A DNA stretch of 63,950 nt, the filler included, from Dirinaria sp. TL-2023a (lineage: Eukaryota): the NCBI GenBank assembly GCA_051941275.1. It is 4 parts of 4 records of this genome, joined end to end, with 100 filler letters (N's around TTAATTAATTAA, not from the genome) between each part and the next. Parts side by side here need not be neighbours in the genome. Positions count along the whole stretch, not along the records: positions 16,322 to 32,519 come from JAVEBF010000502.1; positions 32,620 to 48,806 come from JAVEBF010000503.1; 2 more parts are not named here. One strand, 5' to 3'. Both the position numbers and the translations under genes were made by a program. The notes below the pieces were generated by a model that was given only the letters and a program-made list of their open reading frames with translations, had not been told where the DNA came from and searched no databases. Shown here one piece after another: positions 23,481-35,467 of this stretch. How positions within the stretch are numbered: position 1 is the stretch's first letter; the number at the start of each line of letters is the position of its first letter.

Positions 23481-24562
23481 GACGCCACCGCACGTATCTG
23501 AGCCAATGATGTGTATTGTATTGGCTTAAGTTGCTCATGCCGCATCGATAACATCATTTCATGGTTATGCCTTGATCATGCTTTCTACCCAGGTTCAGTC
23601 TTGAGATCTTTGCAGCAATCTCCGCCGGTCCTTCGATTGCGCTCATAGAGAGAGATACGACTCGGACCCGGGTTGTTACTTGAAGCTCTAATAGTCGTCG
23701 CTGTAGTTTGCAGTGGGTGCTCAAAATTGTTAACGCCTAAAATTGCCATTGTATTTCTTCAAGAATACGAATGTGCTTGCTGATAACGGGTAAGAGGTAA
23801 GTTGAAAGTAAGGGAGCAGAGACGCGGATGTGAGCTTGGAGTGCGAGTCAAAAAATGTTATTTGATCGTTCCCATTGAGCTCTTGAATCACTGCAATATC
23901 CTCAAGTATCTCAGATTTGCCAATGTCCCGAGACTCCTACTTCTCTCCCTGCTTCCAGCATGCTAAATTCTTCATCTACCGCTTTGGCCCACGAGCTAAT
24001 CCAGGTTCAGAATCTCATCGCCATTCGAAGCGCACACGGTCTAAAATCACGACTGCAATAAGGTCCTATGTTTTACTAAGCTCTGACATCGGCATACCAG
24101 TTAGCACTGATCCTGTCCTTGCAATAATTAGTTTTCCGGGCCGCCCAAGGATAAGGCTGAGAGATATTCAAATCTGACCGCCTGCACATGGCTATCTCAA
24201 TTTGGACCAGAATGAAGATGAGCTGATTGCGCCAGGTTTTGAACATCTTCTTTCAACTTTGTTCGATGAATGCAAATGATTTTGGCTGAATGGGTTTGCA
24301 GAACCCTCCCGATTCTAGAAAGTACTGCCTGAACAATACACGGAGGCTTCTTGACAGATGCCTTGTCAATAATGATGCAATGGAAGCTTTGGAACTTGAC
24401 TACGGTTTCAATTCCATGTCCGGTATTTGAGTCCTAGGGTCCAAACTTAAGTACAGTGGGTCACACCTTCAATAACTCACCAAGCAGCGAGATAGAGACC
24501 TTTCCGAGAATGTGGGAAGCCCTTTGAAGCTGTGCGTAACAACATCAGCATCCAGACCGTGC

Positions 24563-25765
24563 TCAATCCTCCTCCTCGTCCTCCGAGTCCTCCGAGTCTG
24601 TACCGAACTCCTTTAATATTCTTCTCGCAATCTCGTCGCTTTCCTTATCGCCCAGCTTCAATGTTGTGTCATCATCGTGGATCGCCTCTCCTTCCTTGAT
24701 CATTCTCTGCGTTACCTCACCGACATCTCCAGCCTGACGCGCCAAAGCAAGCAGCACAGACTTGCGAAAATATGGCCCCATTGTCGCAAATGGCTTCTCG
24801 TTAGAGAGTCTGAGGGAATATTCTGCAGACCCTTGAGACTTGTAATGGTTAATGCGGAGTAGTGTTACCACGAAATGATAGTAAAGAAACCGAGCAGCAG
24901 GACGTTCCTCATTCTTCCAGACCAACACTCGTCCTTGGTAGTCTCTGAGCTGTTCGCGTGCATTTCCGACTTGGTTTTTGAGTGCGTCATCATTGGTGAT
25001 TTGGACCTTCCATCGTTTGATTGGCCGTTCTGTCAGGTCCACTGGTAGAAGCACAAAGTGTCCCAGTTCAAACTGCCTCTCCAGTTTTGATTCCATCAAC
25101 AAGCAGTTGTCAGCGGTGTTAAGTCTCAAACCCGCTCCGGGGCCGCAGATATACTCTACAAGCTCTGATCCTAGTGCAAATGGCACTATTTGCCCTGCAG
25201 TAACATTTTCTTTATCATGGTAAGCGTGGGAAATAGCACACCATTGGCAGAGTTTCTTTGACTTATCCTGATCTGTGCCATAGCGAGCGATAGCCTCACC
25301 CTTCATCTGTGTCTGAATCTTGCTTCGCTTGCTATATTGTGTCTGGTCTTTGTACAACTTCAGCAGCGCTGCAGTGAATGCCCCTTCTGTGTCCGAGCCT
25401 AGGGCAGGGAGTTCATTTGCTGCTTCTTCCAGCATTCGATGCTTCTTTCTCTCCTGCCATATCTCTGCTCCCAAGGAGATAAGACGAATATTGGCATCGC
25501 GGTGGGCCTTTCGATGGTCTTCCTCCGTCATCAGTCGTTGTTCGTACTCACATCGGAAGCCTTCCTTTTGATGGCGCTGCGCCTCTGCTTCGTTCTCTAG
25601 CTGCTCTATCATTACCATCTGGTGTTCAATGGGAAGTTTTTCCATCGCGATGTTCAATATATTCCTGTTCAAACGCTCTCGAGTCACCTTAATCTGAAAC
25701 TCTTTCTCATTCCACTGATCAAGAGAAGAATTACGAAGTGGAATAAAGGGATAGCTCGTCGCCAT
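24563..25765 (-). CDS. Fungal HNH-endonuclease-domain protein with N-terminal coiled coil (possibly catalytically altered)
   Basis: Intronless 400-aa ORF. WCAIS...VTAGQIVPF...NTADNCLLMESKLERQFELGHFVLLP fits the HNH_2-type pattern C..S...AAHIVP...N.LL.....FD; RPAARFLYYHF lies downstream. Confidence 0.8.
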   Translation of the reverse strand: MATSYPFIPLRNSSLDQWNEKEFQIKVTRERLNRNILNIAMEKLPIEHQMVMIEQLENEAEAQRHQKEGFRCEYEQRLMTEEDHRKAHRDANIRLISLGAEIWQERKKHRMLEEAANELPALGSDTEGAFTAALLKLYKDQTQYSKRSKIQTQMKGEAIARYGTDQDKSKKLCQWCAISHAYHDKENVTAGQIVPFALGSELVEYICGPGAGLRLNTADNCLLMESKLERQFELGHFVLLPVDLTERPIKRWKVQITNDDALKNQVGNAREQLRDYQGRVLVWKNEERPAARFLYYHFVVTLLRINHYKSQGSAEYSLRLSNEKPFATMGPYFRKSVLLALARQAGDVGEVTQRMIKEGEAIHDDDTTLKLGDKESDEIARRILKEFGTDSEDSEDEEED

Positions 25766-28700
25766 TAGTTGTGAAGATCCTTAAGAAATGGGAGAAGTAG
25801 TGAACCCGATACTGAGAGAGATAAAGGGAGCGTATAAAGTAAGTTGGAATGTTAGCTTTGATGAGGATGGAGTTGAGCCAGAATATATACTTATATTCAT
25901 TAAACTTTAATGAGAGGCTCAGAGTAAGTGGTTTAAATATATCATAATATCCGAGTGGCAGTGTGTACCTGGAGGTATGAGTCAGATGGTGGTGGCAATT
26001 TCCGTCAACCACATGTTGATGGTCATTGTTGGGAAATGAGTGTGGTATGCCTAAATTGCCGTTGGGTAGGCATTGCCCCAGCATATATTTATTCCAATAA
26101 TGCAATGAACTAAGCCCAATTAGGCATAGACTCCGCAAACTCCAATCCTACCTCTACAAAGGATCTCTCACAGTCAATCAATGCAGTGCCTACACCTTCC
26201 CATTGAATAACGACGAGGAAATAGGGGGGTGCGCGGTATTGGAAAAGCCTCGTGGCTCAGAGAACGAAGAAGAACCCTTATAGTCAGATCTACTACTCGT
26301 GAAACCGTCACGGCGTTCCCATCGATCTAGCAAAGATGATGTTCTTCACAAGATATCGTCGTCTTTCAAGAAAGAGGAAACGTCTATCATGCACATTGCG
26401 AGCCTGAATTCTTCAGCCGTGTTGAAAAACATTCCCGACCCTTTCTTGCTTTATGCATTTTCCAGACAACTTCAGGTGACGGGCGCACGATCGCCACTGA
26501 GCTATTTATGCGCGAGTCCATTTCCGTCCGGTGCGTGATATAGAGGTTTGTGGAAACAAAAATGATTCATAAAACAATTATTCGTCCCAGAACATCAAGC
26601 AGGAAAGTATGGGATTGGGAGAAGGATGATCTTATATAAGCGTACGAAAGCTGTATATTGTAAGAAGGAAGTGGATCGAGGAGCGGGATTCATGTCCCAG
26701 ACTTCTGGCCTGTTCAGTGTCTATTAGGATATGGAGTCATCTATCGGATAGAAGAGTTCGAAGCTATGAATGCTCTTGGCTTGGAGTTGGAGTTATCGGT
26801 GGTATGGCATTTCTCTCTATGTCTAGCCAAGGCGATCATCCTATCCTCCCCTATGCAGGAGAAACTCAAGAATGGAAAGCTTCACCAATGCCACTCTGTT
26901 TTGAGAATTTATACTTCAGGTTATTAGCAATGCTTCATTAAGCGTTGTGGGATCTGATCGATTTTGTCACATTGCGGAGTATTGAAAGAATCTTTGTCCT
27001 CAAACTCGCACTTGTTATTCTCCAATCCCCTTGACTGAGCTCAAAATCACCCTAATATTTTTTGTCAAAGATTTGAAACAAATATGCATCTTTCCTTTTT
27101 CGATTTTGTCCTTATTCTCATTCAATAGATAGTCGTTTGTCTATTTCAAATTTCAACAGAGGATAATTGCCTTCTGATCTCCACTGGCTATTCCCATTAT
27201 CGAATTTACATAGCTCTGTTTTAGGTCGATACAATACATATCCAGAAGCAGTTGTAAAAGCACAAGGTATGCTGATTGATGAAGTAGACTGTTCCATGAT
27301 TGACTATCAGAGGAGAGAATTACAGGTGTTTCTTAACAATCAAGCATGATTCAAACGACTTGAAAGAATAAATGCTCTTCAAGCACACAAACCACCGAGC
27401 CAAGGAAGTTATTTGAATAAAAAAGTATCTTGCCAGTTCATTGTGTGATAATAGGTCAACAGACTAGCACAAAAAAGAACTTTGTTGAGTGTAAGTATGT
27501 ACGTACCCATCTGTGCAGATGTGCCCTCCAGTTCTGATTATTTGGCACTGCACAGTTAGCGCCGAGAACTCAACTACTTCAAAAACAAATCAGGGTCTAA
27601 AGATGCAAGTGGATATATATATCTTCCTCTCCAAATGATCAACATCGAGCACTCAACTGCAAACCTGTGATCAGAGAAAACATCTGCGAGAATATTTCTT
27701 GCTGGCTCATTTCCTGAGAGCCAACCTTCACACAAAGGCCAAATACCAGTGCCCGGGTGTTATCAGAACCAAAGAGCAGCTGTCTTCTTCGCTGGGCTGA
27801 TCAACGCCGAGAAGTCAGAGCCGAGAACCTAGCAAGGACCTGGTATTCACCTTTCTATGTCCTTTCTGCTTCTTGCAAGATTAGCCTTTCACACCCCTTT
27901 CTCATACCCAACAATCACTTCTATCTTGCAACCCGGAATCGCCAAAGTGGCACAGCGGCCTTTGATCAAACTAGGGTCGCCTGGCCTTTTTTCTTGTCTG
28001 CTTCTGCTCTTTGCTCTGGAAGTACGACTCGGTGGTCTCCACATCTCTGTGCTAGGACTAAAAATGGTACTAGGCTCAGTAGCGGATCCACATGGTGCCA
28101 AGTGGCTATCGTCTGGGGTATTGCAACTGATAGCAAAGCAGGTAAGACCATATATCGTCCTTGAGAATTCGAGGCTCACAGATAGCTTGACGCTGGTCAG
28201 AACCAACTTCGTGCTGCTAAACACGACTTCTTACCAAAAATCAGCAGTTCAAGTCCAGACGCTAATGGCTGATATAGATTTACGATTCCTGAGAGTCACA
28301 AGACTTCTGGACCTTCTCCATCGTATCACGAAACTTCTACAGTGCTTCCACCTCCTCAGCATAAGTCGTGGGACAAACGCAGAAAGTGCAGTGGCGAAGC
28401 GGGTTGAGCGTCTAGGAAAGGCGCTCGAGATGTCGTATTCCTTACCCGTATATGATTCCAACTGCGGACTACAAAGAAGTCGAGAGCTTGGGAGGGAGCG
28501 ACTGAAGAGAAAATAATCATGGAAACATATTCTCACCTGGCTGCTAGGAGTTTATTCAAAACAACGCTATTCTGATATAACGAGGATTTACTGAAGCGAA
28601 GCATATCACTCATCCGTGCAGAAGGACAATCGTCTGCCTATACAGCATAAGAACTTTTGGGGATCTCAGGGACGAAGGGTCCTCTTTCACAGAATACCAC

Positions 28701-31700
28701 ACTGCAGACGGTTACTTTTTCGCTCTTCTTGATTATCCGAACGGGAAAGGCATTGTGCGCATGCTCATCGAGCATTGTGATGAACTGAGACAAGAAAGAA
28801 TCACAAGTGTGAGAGTACTTGAAAATATACAGAAATTCGGGTCGCCGACTTCTACTTCGTTCTTGTTGATCATAGCGTCTCAAGCGAGCCAAAGGATCTA
28901 AGAGGCCGGCTGCAGGCCATCCTCTACCACTGAGCAAGCACCCAATCCCCATGCGTCTCCACCGCAGAGCACGAGCCTCTGTGCACGTCCTTCTTTGATA
29001 TCATAACCCAAAAGCCATAGCATTCTGCGATACTGTCAGCATTCCGATCTCGAGCGTGCATCTCTGCTCGAGGCAGAAATTACATCCCAAAGGTCTGCCC
29101 ACCGATGGATTCTTTGTTCTTAGGCCGGAATTCGCGCCCAAATGAGGTCGATCATCCGACTGTGCAAGAGCAAGATGTACGAATAAAGCACTCAGTGTGC
29201 TGAGACCGCAGCGATTATTCTTCGACAAATCGGGCTGAGCCACATAGGAAGATGATGTGGACTTCTGCTCAACGGGTAACTGATAGTGGCTCATGAGCAT
29301 TATGATCATACCAGAAAAGTGGACGAGCTATTACTTTAGGGCCACACGGCACTATGGAGATACGATCGTTGAAGAAGGCTCTCAACGCTCGTTTCAGAAC
29401 GACCGATATATGGCCATGCCATCATTACTTTTGTCATGGAAACCACGCGCGATAGACCGAGTGGAACTCCAAAAACTTTGCAATATACTGATCCAGAGGA
29501 GGTGCTAGAACTTTTCAGGGTCTCAAATTTTCAACCTGACAACCTCCTTCACATCTTTTCAACAAATCGTCCACACATAACCTCTACACCAGTCAAAACC
29601 CGGGAATGCAACAAAATAATGCAGCCAGAACGTAGCCAGGATGGCCTTATCCGGACTCCGTCATACCTCTTTTCAGATAGGACTTCCACTTACCTAGAAC
29701 TGCGGGTATTCTTACAAGCCAGACGTTACTCCTACAAACAAACCAGTACATCTCGTGCCTGAAGTGGGTCATCAGGAGCTGATTCTGGTAAATGAGCTTT
29801 ATGAATCGATTTTCGGCTCACCTATGTATGCAATGGTTGCAACACGGTCAGAAAATACATATGCAGTCTCAATCCTGATCATTTTTGGCACCAATTTCAA
29901 CTAAAACTCATGAACAAGGCACTCGAACTCATCTCGAAACATCCCCACAACAGAATAAGGGCGTACTATACCCTATAATTTCACATAAAGGACGAACAAC
30001 ACTTGTCTGTACAATAGAACAACTGTAAAGCACAAAAAAATCATAATCTTCGGAACAAGACATTCGAGAAGAACATAATGATCTAAACAAGCTCTCACAA
30101 AGGTCTAGACATTCGATTTTCTCACTTCTTTCTGTTTCTCAGAGGTGAACTAGTGCAGAAGAGGGACCAGTGCAAGTATACAAACTTGGACCCAGGCTAC
30201 CTATACTTCGGGTCCTCGCCATTCTCGATGCTTTGGCAGGAACTGACTTTCGGACGACTTAATTGCTTCCTGCAAGAAAGCTTGCATTTACTAAATAAGA
30301 ACTACAAGCGCACATTACATCAAGGATAATTAATCCGTCAAGTCTGCGAGGAATTAAATGCTCTTTGATAGATTCGCTGTTTTCGTGATATCAAGGGTCA
30401 ACCGTCGTATACGACAACGAGATTCGTCATACCCTCGTCATCGCCGCTTTCTGAACGACATTTTCCGTCAATCGCATTGAAGATAATGCGTTAAGCATGA
30501 TCAAACTCCGAATCCTTCTCGTTCGCGAACCGGTCAGCGCATACCGTGGCTACTGGAATGCGATGCTTCAGTACAAGCATGCTCGTCATGGAAGGCTTGA
30601 TATTCCTGTTCTAAATGCTAAAGATTCGTGAAAAGACTGGCGGTCTAGATTGAAGGGAACGAATATACAAGTATAAGCCTCAATCTCACGCACTAAACTG
30701 AACTCAACTTATCCGAGCTACTTATTAAGAAACCCTCGCTAAAGTCACAGCGTACAAAACCTCACCTACCAGGATGACATTCTATTCAACACGTGCTTAC
30801 TTGCCTCTAACGGTTCAGACACTATGTTTCCTTGCCTTAGCAACGGTCACCGTTTGACGCTTTTACGAAGTTACGAAGGGAGCGCGTTGGTAGAAGACGA
30901 CAACTAGTCAACGGGTCGATAAGTTAGAAGACAACAATTAGAAGCAATGCCATGGCTTGCCGAGGGTCACAACAGGTGTTTTCGCTAGATAAGGACCTGC
31001 GGGATTGCTTCGAGTACCTGATGAAGAAGACAGAAATCCGGCGACTCTCTGTGATACCTCACTTGTCCGACAGCCCAGGCGATTAAATCTCTCTCTGCCT
31101 TCACAAAGCTGACACCCTATTACCTATTAAATCTTTGTAGCTCATAATCCAGCGAGTCCATCTTTCCGATCGCTGAAGATGGATGAGCCTCACCTACAAG
31201 CAAAGCGTCTCAAAGAACTGAAATTTTTTACTCAGTCATCTTCATAGTTGATTTGAGCACCGCATCAAAAAACTACGACTCGAAACATCGCTTGACTTCA
31301 GATCATCTCAAATGAATCACAAAACTTTACGATCAATGACACTTTTATGAAATTGACAGTCTGAATGACTATCGTAGACGTTGCTACGATCGCGGAAAAA
31401 GGGTTTTGAGAGCATTGATATGACGAAAATCTGACCGACGATGCTCAGAAACCAATCAACGAATACGAAGGAACGCATGACGTATCAATCAGTCTGAGCA
31501 ACATGAAATCTCAATCTCATGCTCTCTTCTTGAATCAAATTATTGTCATCAGATCATCGAAATAACCCAGTGACAGTCACTCAATATCATCGAGCAACGA
31601 AACAATACTAATATCAACATTTTCATGCCACGAAATAGATCATCGCAACCAAACTAGCGGATCAGATTACTGTTTTCCTTGTCAGAAATGAACTAGTCAC

Positions 31701-32519
31701 TATTGCTGCGATCACATTCGCACGATTAAAACGTCACGAACGACCTCGAGAAGCAGAAAGCAAACTCATCCGAAGGGAGAAAGATACAGATTCGACGTTA
31801 GAATAGCATGACAAGACTAAATCCACGTCAACCACACGATCACTCACATATCCGACCCTCTAGAGTTCAATCTGCCTCGTTCTGTCTGCCTCGATTTTAT
31901 CGTCATGGACGTGACAAATCAGTCATCAGTCCTAATAAACCCACAACAGTCAAGCTAAGATCTTCTACCTATTTCCTCTAGGTTTAATATGGTCTAAGCG
32001 TTTTAGAAAATAACTCAAAAGAAAAGACTTAAAAAAGAAATTTGAGATCTTACTGACATCGAACCAGACAGGTTCCAGAGAACCTAAGTATACAGACTGC
32101 TGGATGTGGTCAATCTCGCTATACAATTTCACGCCGAAGGACCCCATTTCAGGCTTATAGTCGCTAACCAAGCAAATGAGTCTCGGATATAAAGCGAAAA
32201 AACGTCCATCTACCTCGTTCATGAACCGCTCTATCGACAGCCTCCTACTCTATCCACACTAGAAATAAAGTTTGGATCATTCGTCACTATTACGATGCAA
32301 ACATTCAAAGTCATACAGCATAATCCTCCCCTGTTATTTAAAAATATGGATAGAAACGCCGCTTCTAAGGCGGAGGAAAAGGCAGGTGGGTGTGATAATA
32401 GAAACTTATCAAGGAGAAGTATACATAAGAATTTTGATTCTCGGCGCCATAGAGATATAGAGATACAAACTCAATCAAAACCACTCCCTTCCTATTTCTT
32501 ATACCCTGCTTCCCCAGCC

Positions 32520-32619
32520 NNNNNNNNNNNNNNNNNNNNNNNNNNNNNNNNNNNNNNNNNNNNTTAATTAATTAANNNNNNNNNNNNNNNNNNNNNNNNN
32601 NNNNNNNNNNNNNNNNNNN
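32520..32619. other. Artificial contig spacer
   Basis: N + TTAATTAATTAA + N, 100 nt. Confidence 0.98.
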
Positions 32620-32961
32620 CCGTAGGCACGAATCGATGGCCAATTTTTTTTCTTACGGGAGGTAAGTTGGTTGATGACGGGGCAATATATAAAAAGGTCA
32701 ACGAGTCGCATTTCTCAGGAGTTTCTGCTTCCGCCATGAATGTACTGTTAGCACCCGCAAAAACGAGCGAAGGCCGGCTGTATCTAATTGTTCGTTGGGC
32801 TACCAATGTTTTGATATCTGTGCTACTATCCGTCTCTCAACCGTCCACGGTCGGTTTGTTTGTGATATGCCGCGGTACCCAGATGTATACCCATTGAACA
32901 AGATCATCATCATCGCCCGATTAAGGAGCATACCTAGACTCCGCTTCCGCTTCCTTGACAT
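32620..32961 (-). CDS. Possible 5' end of a gene truncated by the contig edge (MSRKRKRSL...)
   Basis: ATG at 32961 encodes a basic NLS-like peptide. Donor GTATGC at 32933, branch GCTAAC and acceptor CAG at 32725 continue in an open frame (ETPEKCDSLTF...) to the gap. Confidence 0.35.
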
Positions 32962-33102
32962 ATTTTAGGCATGCATGCCGTGCTGAAGTTCGGTAGTGCT
33001 GGCTTGCTTGCTTGCTTCAAATCTCCCGCGCATCAAGTTTCTGCTGAATCGCGAACCGGCGCTCTCTCCCATCCACCCCCTTTGAGAATTCCAAACTGGA
33101 GC

Positions 33103-33113
33103 AAAATTTTTCA
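33103..33113 (-). promoter_or_regulatory. RRPE-like element TGAAAAATTTT
   Basis: Exact match to the fungal ribosome-biogenesis RRPE consensus, ~140 bp upstream of the ATG at 32961. Confidence 0.35.
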
Positions 33114-33138
33114 CAGCCGAGTCTCGAAAGCAAAAAAT

Positions 33139-34762
33139 TCATGACTGGATAACTTTCTCAGTCGTCTCGAGGAAGATATCCGCTGTTCAGAAAAACAAAT
33201 ACATCAGCACAAGGATTTTTCTACTTATCGAGAATTAGAAAAAAGATAAGGGAACACTCACCGTGATGTTTCTGGAAAATCAACATCGGCCTCAAGCGCA
33301 CAGCCCGCTCTCCACTGCCCCCGACCAGAACGCCGTGGCTCTTGGCTTTCTTCAAGAACTCGTCCCTCCGCGGACTGTCAAACGCCAGGAATGTGCCCTG
33401 GCCTTGGCCTCTCAGGTTCTGGATCTCGTGCGCGTACTGCTGCGCCAGCCGCTCCAGCCCGCTATACAGGTATTCTCCGGTCCTGGCCGTGTTCTCCACC
33501 AGGCCCAGGCGCTCGATCTCGTTGATGATGGCTCGGAACAGGATGGCACGGGCCGGGTCGCCCATCCAGGTGTTGAATTGGCGGTAGGGTTTGTTGGGGC
33601 GGAGTTCTTCGTTGCCGAAGTAGTAGCCTGCCGTTTGCGCTTTCTTGCTGAAGGTGACCATGTCCGGGGGCTCGGCCATGTCCCAGTGCTCGTGGGCCCA
33701 GAACTTGCCCGTAGCCCCTACGCCGGTCTGGACTTCGTCCACGATCATGAGCACTCCGTTCCGCTTTGTGATTTCGCGCAGGCTGCGGAAAAATGCGGGG
33801 GATGCGTGGTTGTCGCCGCCTTCGGACTGGATTGGCTCAACCACCAAGGCAGCGACGGGGTTGTGGAAGTTCTTGATTAAGTCTTCCGTCTCGGCAAGGC
33901 AGCGCGCTTCTTCCTGGGCGTTTTCAGTCGTGTGTTCGGTCAGAGGGTATTTGATGTGTGGGAAGGTGGCCTGTGGCCAGTCGAAGGCCGGGATATCGAG
34001 TTTGTGGATTGGCTTGCTGCGGGTGGTGGAGAGAGAGCCGAAGAGGCGGCCATGGAAGGCGGATTTGAAGGACAGAATTGACATATGTGGCGAACCTGGC
34101 GATTGATTATGCATCGCTGTATCGATCTCTTCCGGTGTAAATTCGACCTGAGGACCGCCACGCTCTTGCCGGCGCTTCCACATGAAAGCCGCCTTGTAGG
34201 CTGTTTCATTTGCATCAGAGCCGGCCATGGCAGTGAAGACTTGGTCAAGGCCTTTCGGTGCGACCTTCAGGATACCCGTCTCAAGTATATCAGCCCAATC
34301 ATGCTGAGGGAAGTTGCCGAGGGCGGGGCGGTTGATAAGAGCACTGGCCATTTCGGGGGACGTGGCAGCTGCGAGCAGAGCAGGATTGCTGTAGCCGACG
34401 GGGATTGATGCAATCTGGGCGTACACATCCAAGAGGACATTACCATCCGGATCTGCAATGTAATTCCCAAAGCTGTTCTGATAGTTGGCCATCATGTTCA
34501 GACTCCGGATGTCGAATGTTTTGTCCAAATGCTCAATTGCCTTCTTGCTCTCAGGTCCGGGGATCGTTGTTCTAATCCGTGGCCCTTGCGGCTCATCAGG
34601 AAAGAATACCTCGCCGGTAGATGAGGCTTGAGACTTGATCGCGGCGGCAACATTGGCGGCTGGCTTAGCTGTGGTGGTCACAGAGCGGCTAGCAATACAT
34701 CGTGCTGCAGCGAGCGGACCAAGAGGCCGAAGCTTAGAAGCACTGCGAAGTAGAGACGCCAT
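33139..34762 (-). CDS. gatA: 4-aminobutyrate aminotransferase (GABA transaminase) with probable mitochondrial presequence; 2 exons
   Basis: AFHGRLFGSLSTTRSKPIHKLDIPAFDWP, EPIQSEGGDNHAS, DEVQTGVGATG, PLP-lysine motif TFSKK and RQFNTWMGDP. Intron 33183-33261 (GTGAGT..ACAG) gives the C-terminus HHADIFLETTEKVIQS*. Confidence 0.97.
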
Positions 34763-35467
34763 GGTCCTGATACCAATGTAGAAATTAGCCACCTGGTCTG
34801 CACGTCTTATCGGCGGTCAATCGCCGCTGGAAACAATCGAAATCCCAGGAGAATGGGGGGTCGTAAAGGGTTTTGTTTATGAAATAGAGAAAAGCATGAG
34901 TTTCCGGTGCCAGGAGGTGAACGGAGGCTTTTTTTTAGGTGGGAGGTTGGCAAATGACGTTAATATCTAAGTGTCAGGAGGGAAGATGTGCAAAATTTCT
35001 GCCATGTTATGCTTCAGTTGCTTTATATTTTGGTGTTGGTGAATATCAAAGGCACAAACCGTTGCCAAGCGAGGGGTAGGGGAACGACGTCATTTTACCG
35101 TCGCTAGCCGCGGATCAACCGAAGCACATCCGAACGATATGTTACCTGATGTACAGTACAGTATGTAATCTTTGAGGCCACTAAGGTACATATGTAAAGG
35201 CAAGTAAGGTACTATTAGCAGGCAAGGTAGTCCCCCAATCTATCACCTCATTTCCCCTTTGATTGTTTCGTGGCCTTTGGGTAAAGCAGATTGATCGACT
35301 CCAAGATCGAGCCCATTGCGAAGGGCGAACGAAAGTCGCTAACCCACAGCATCCGTCCATCCAGCCGCTTTCGCCAAAGGTCAAATGCTCCGGTCCTTTT
35401 TTCCAAATCGCAGCCGCACGCCTGCTCTAATTCTTACGCACTGTATGTACACATGCTTCGGGGGTAT

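Noticed and set aside
27757..29762. Cluster of 100-220 aa ORFs on both strands
   Set aside because: They overlap without consistent splice signals or domain motifs. Possibly decayed coding DNA, but not identifiable by eye.
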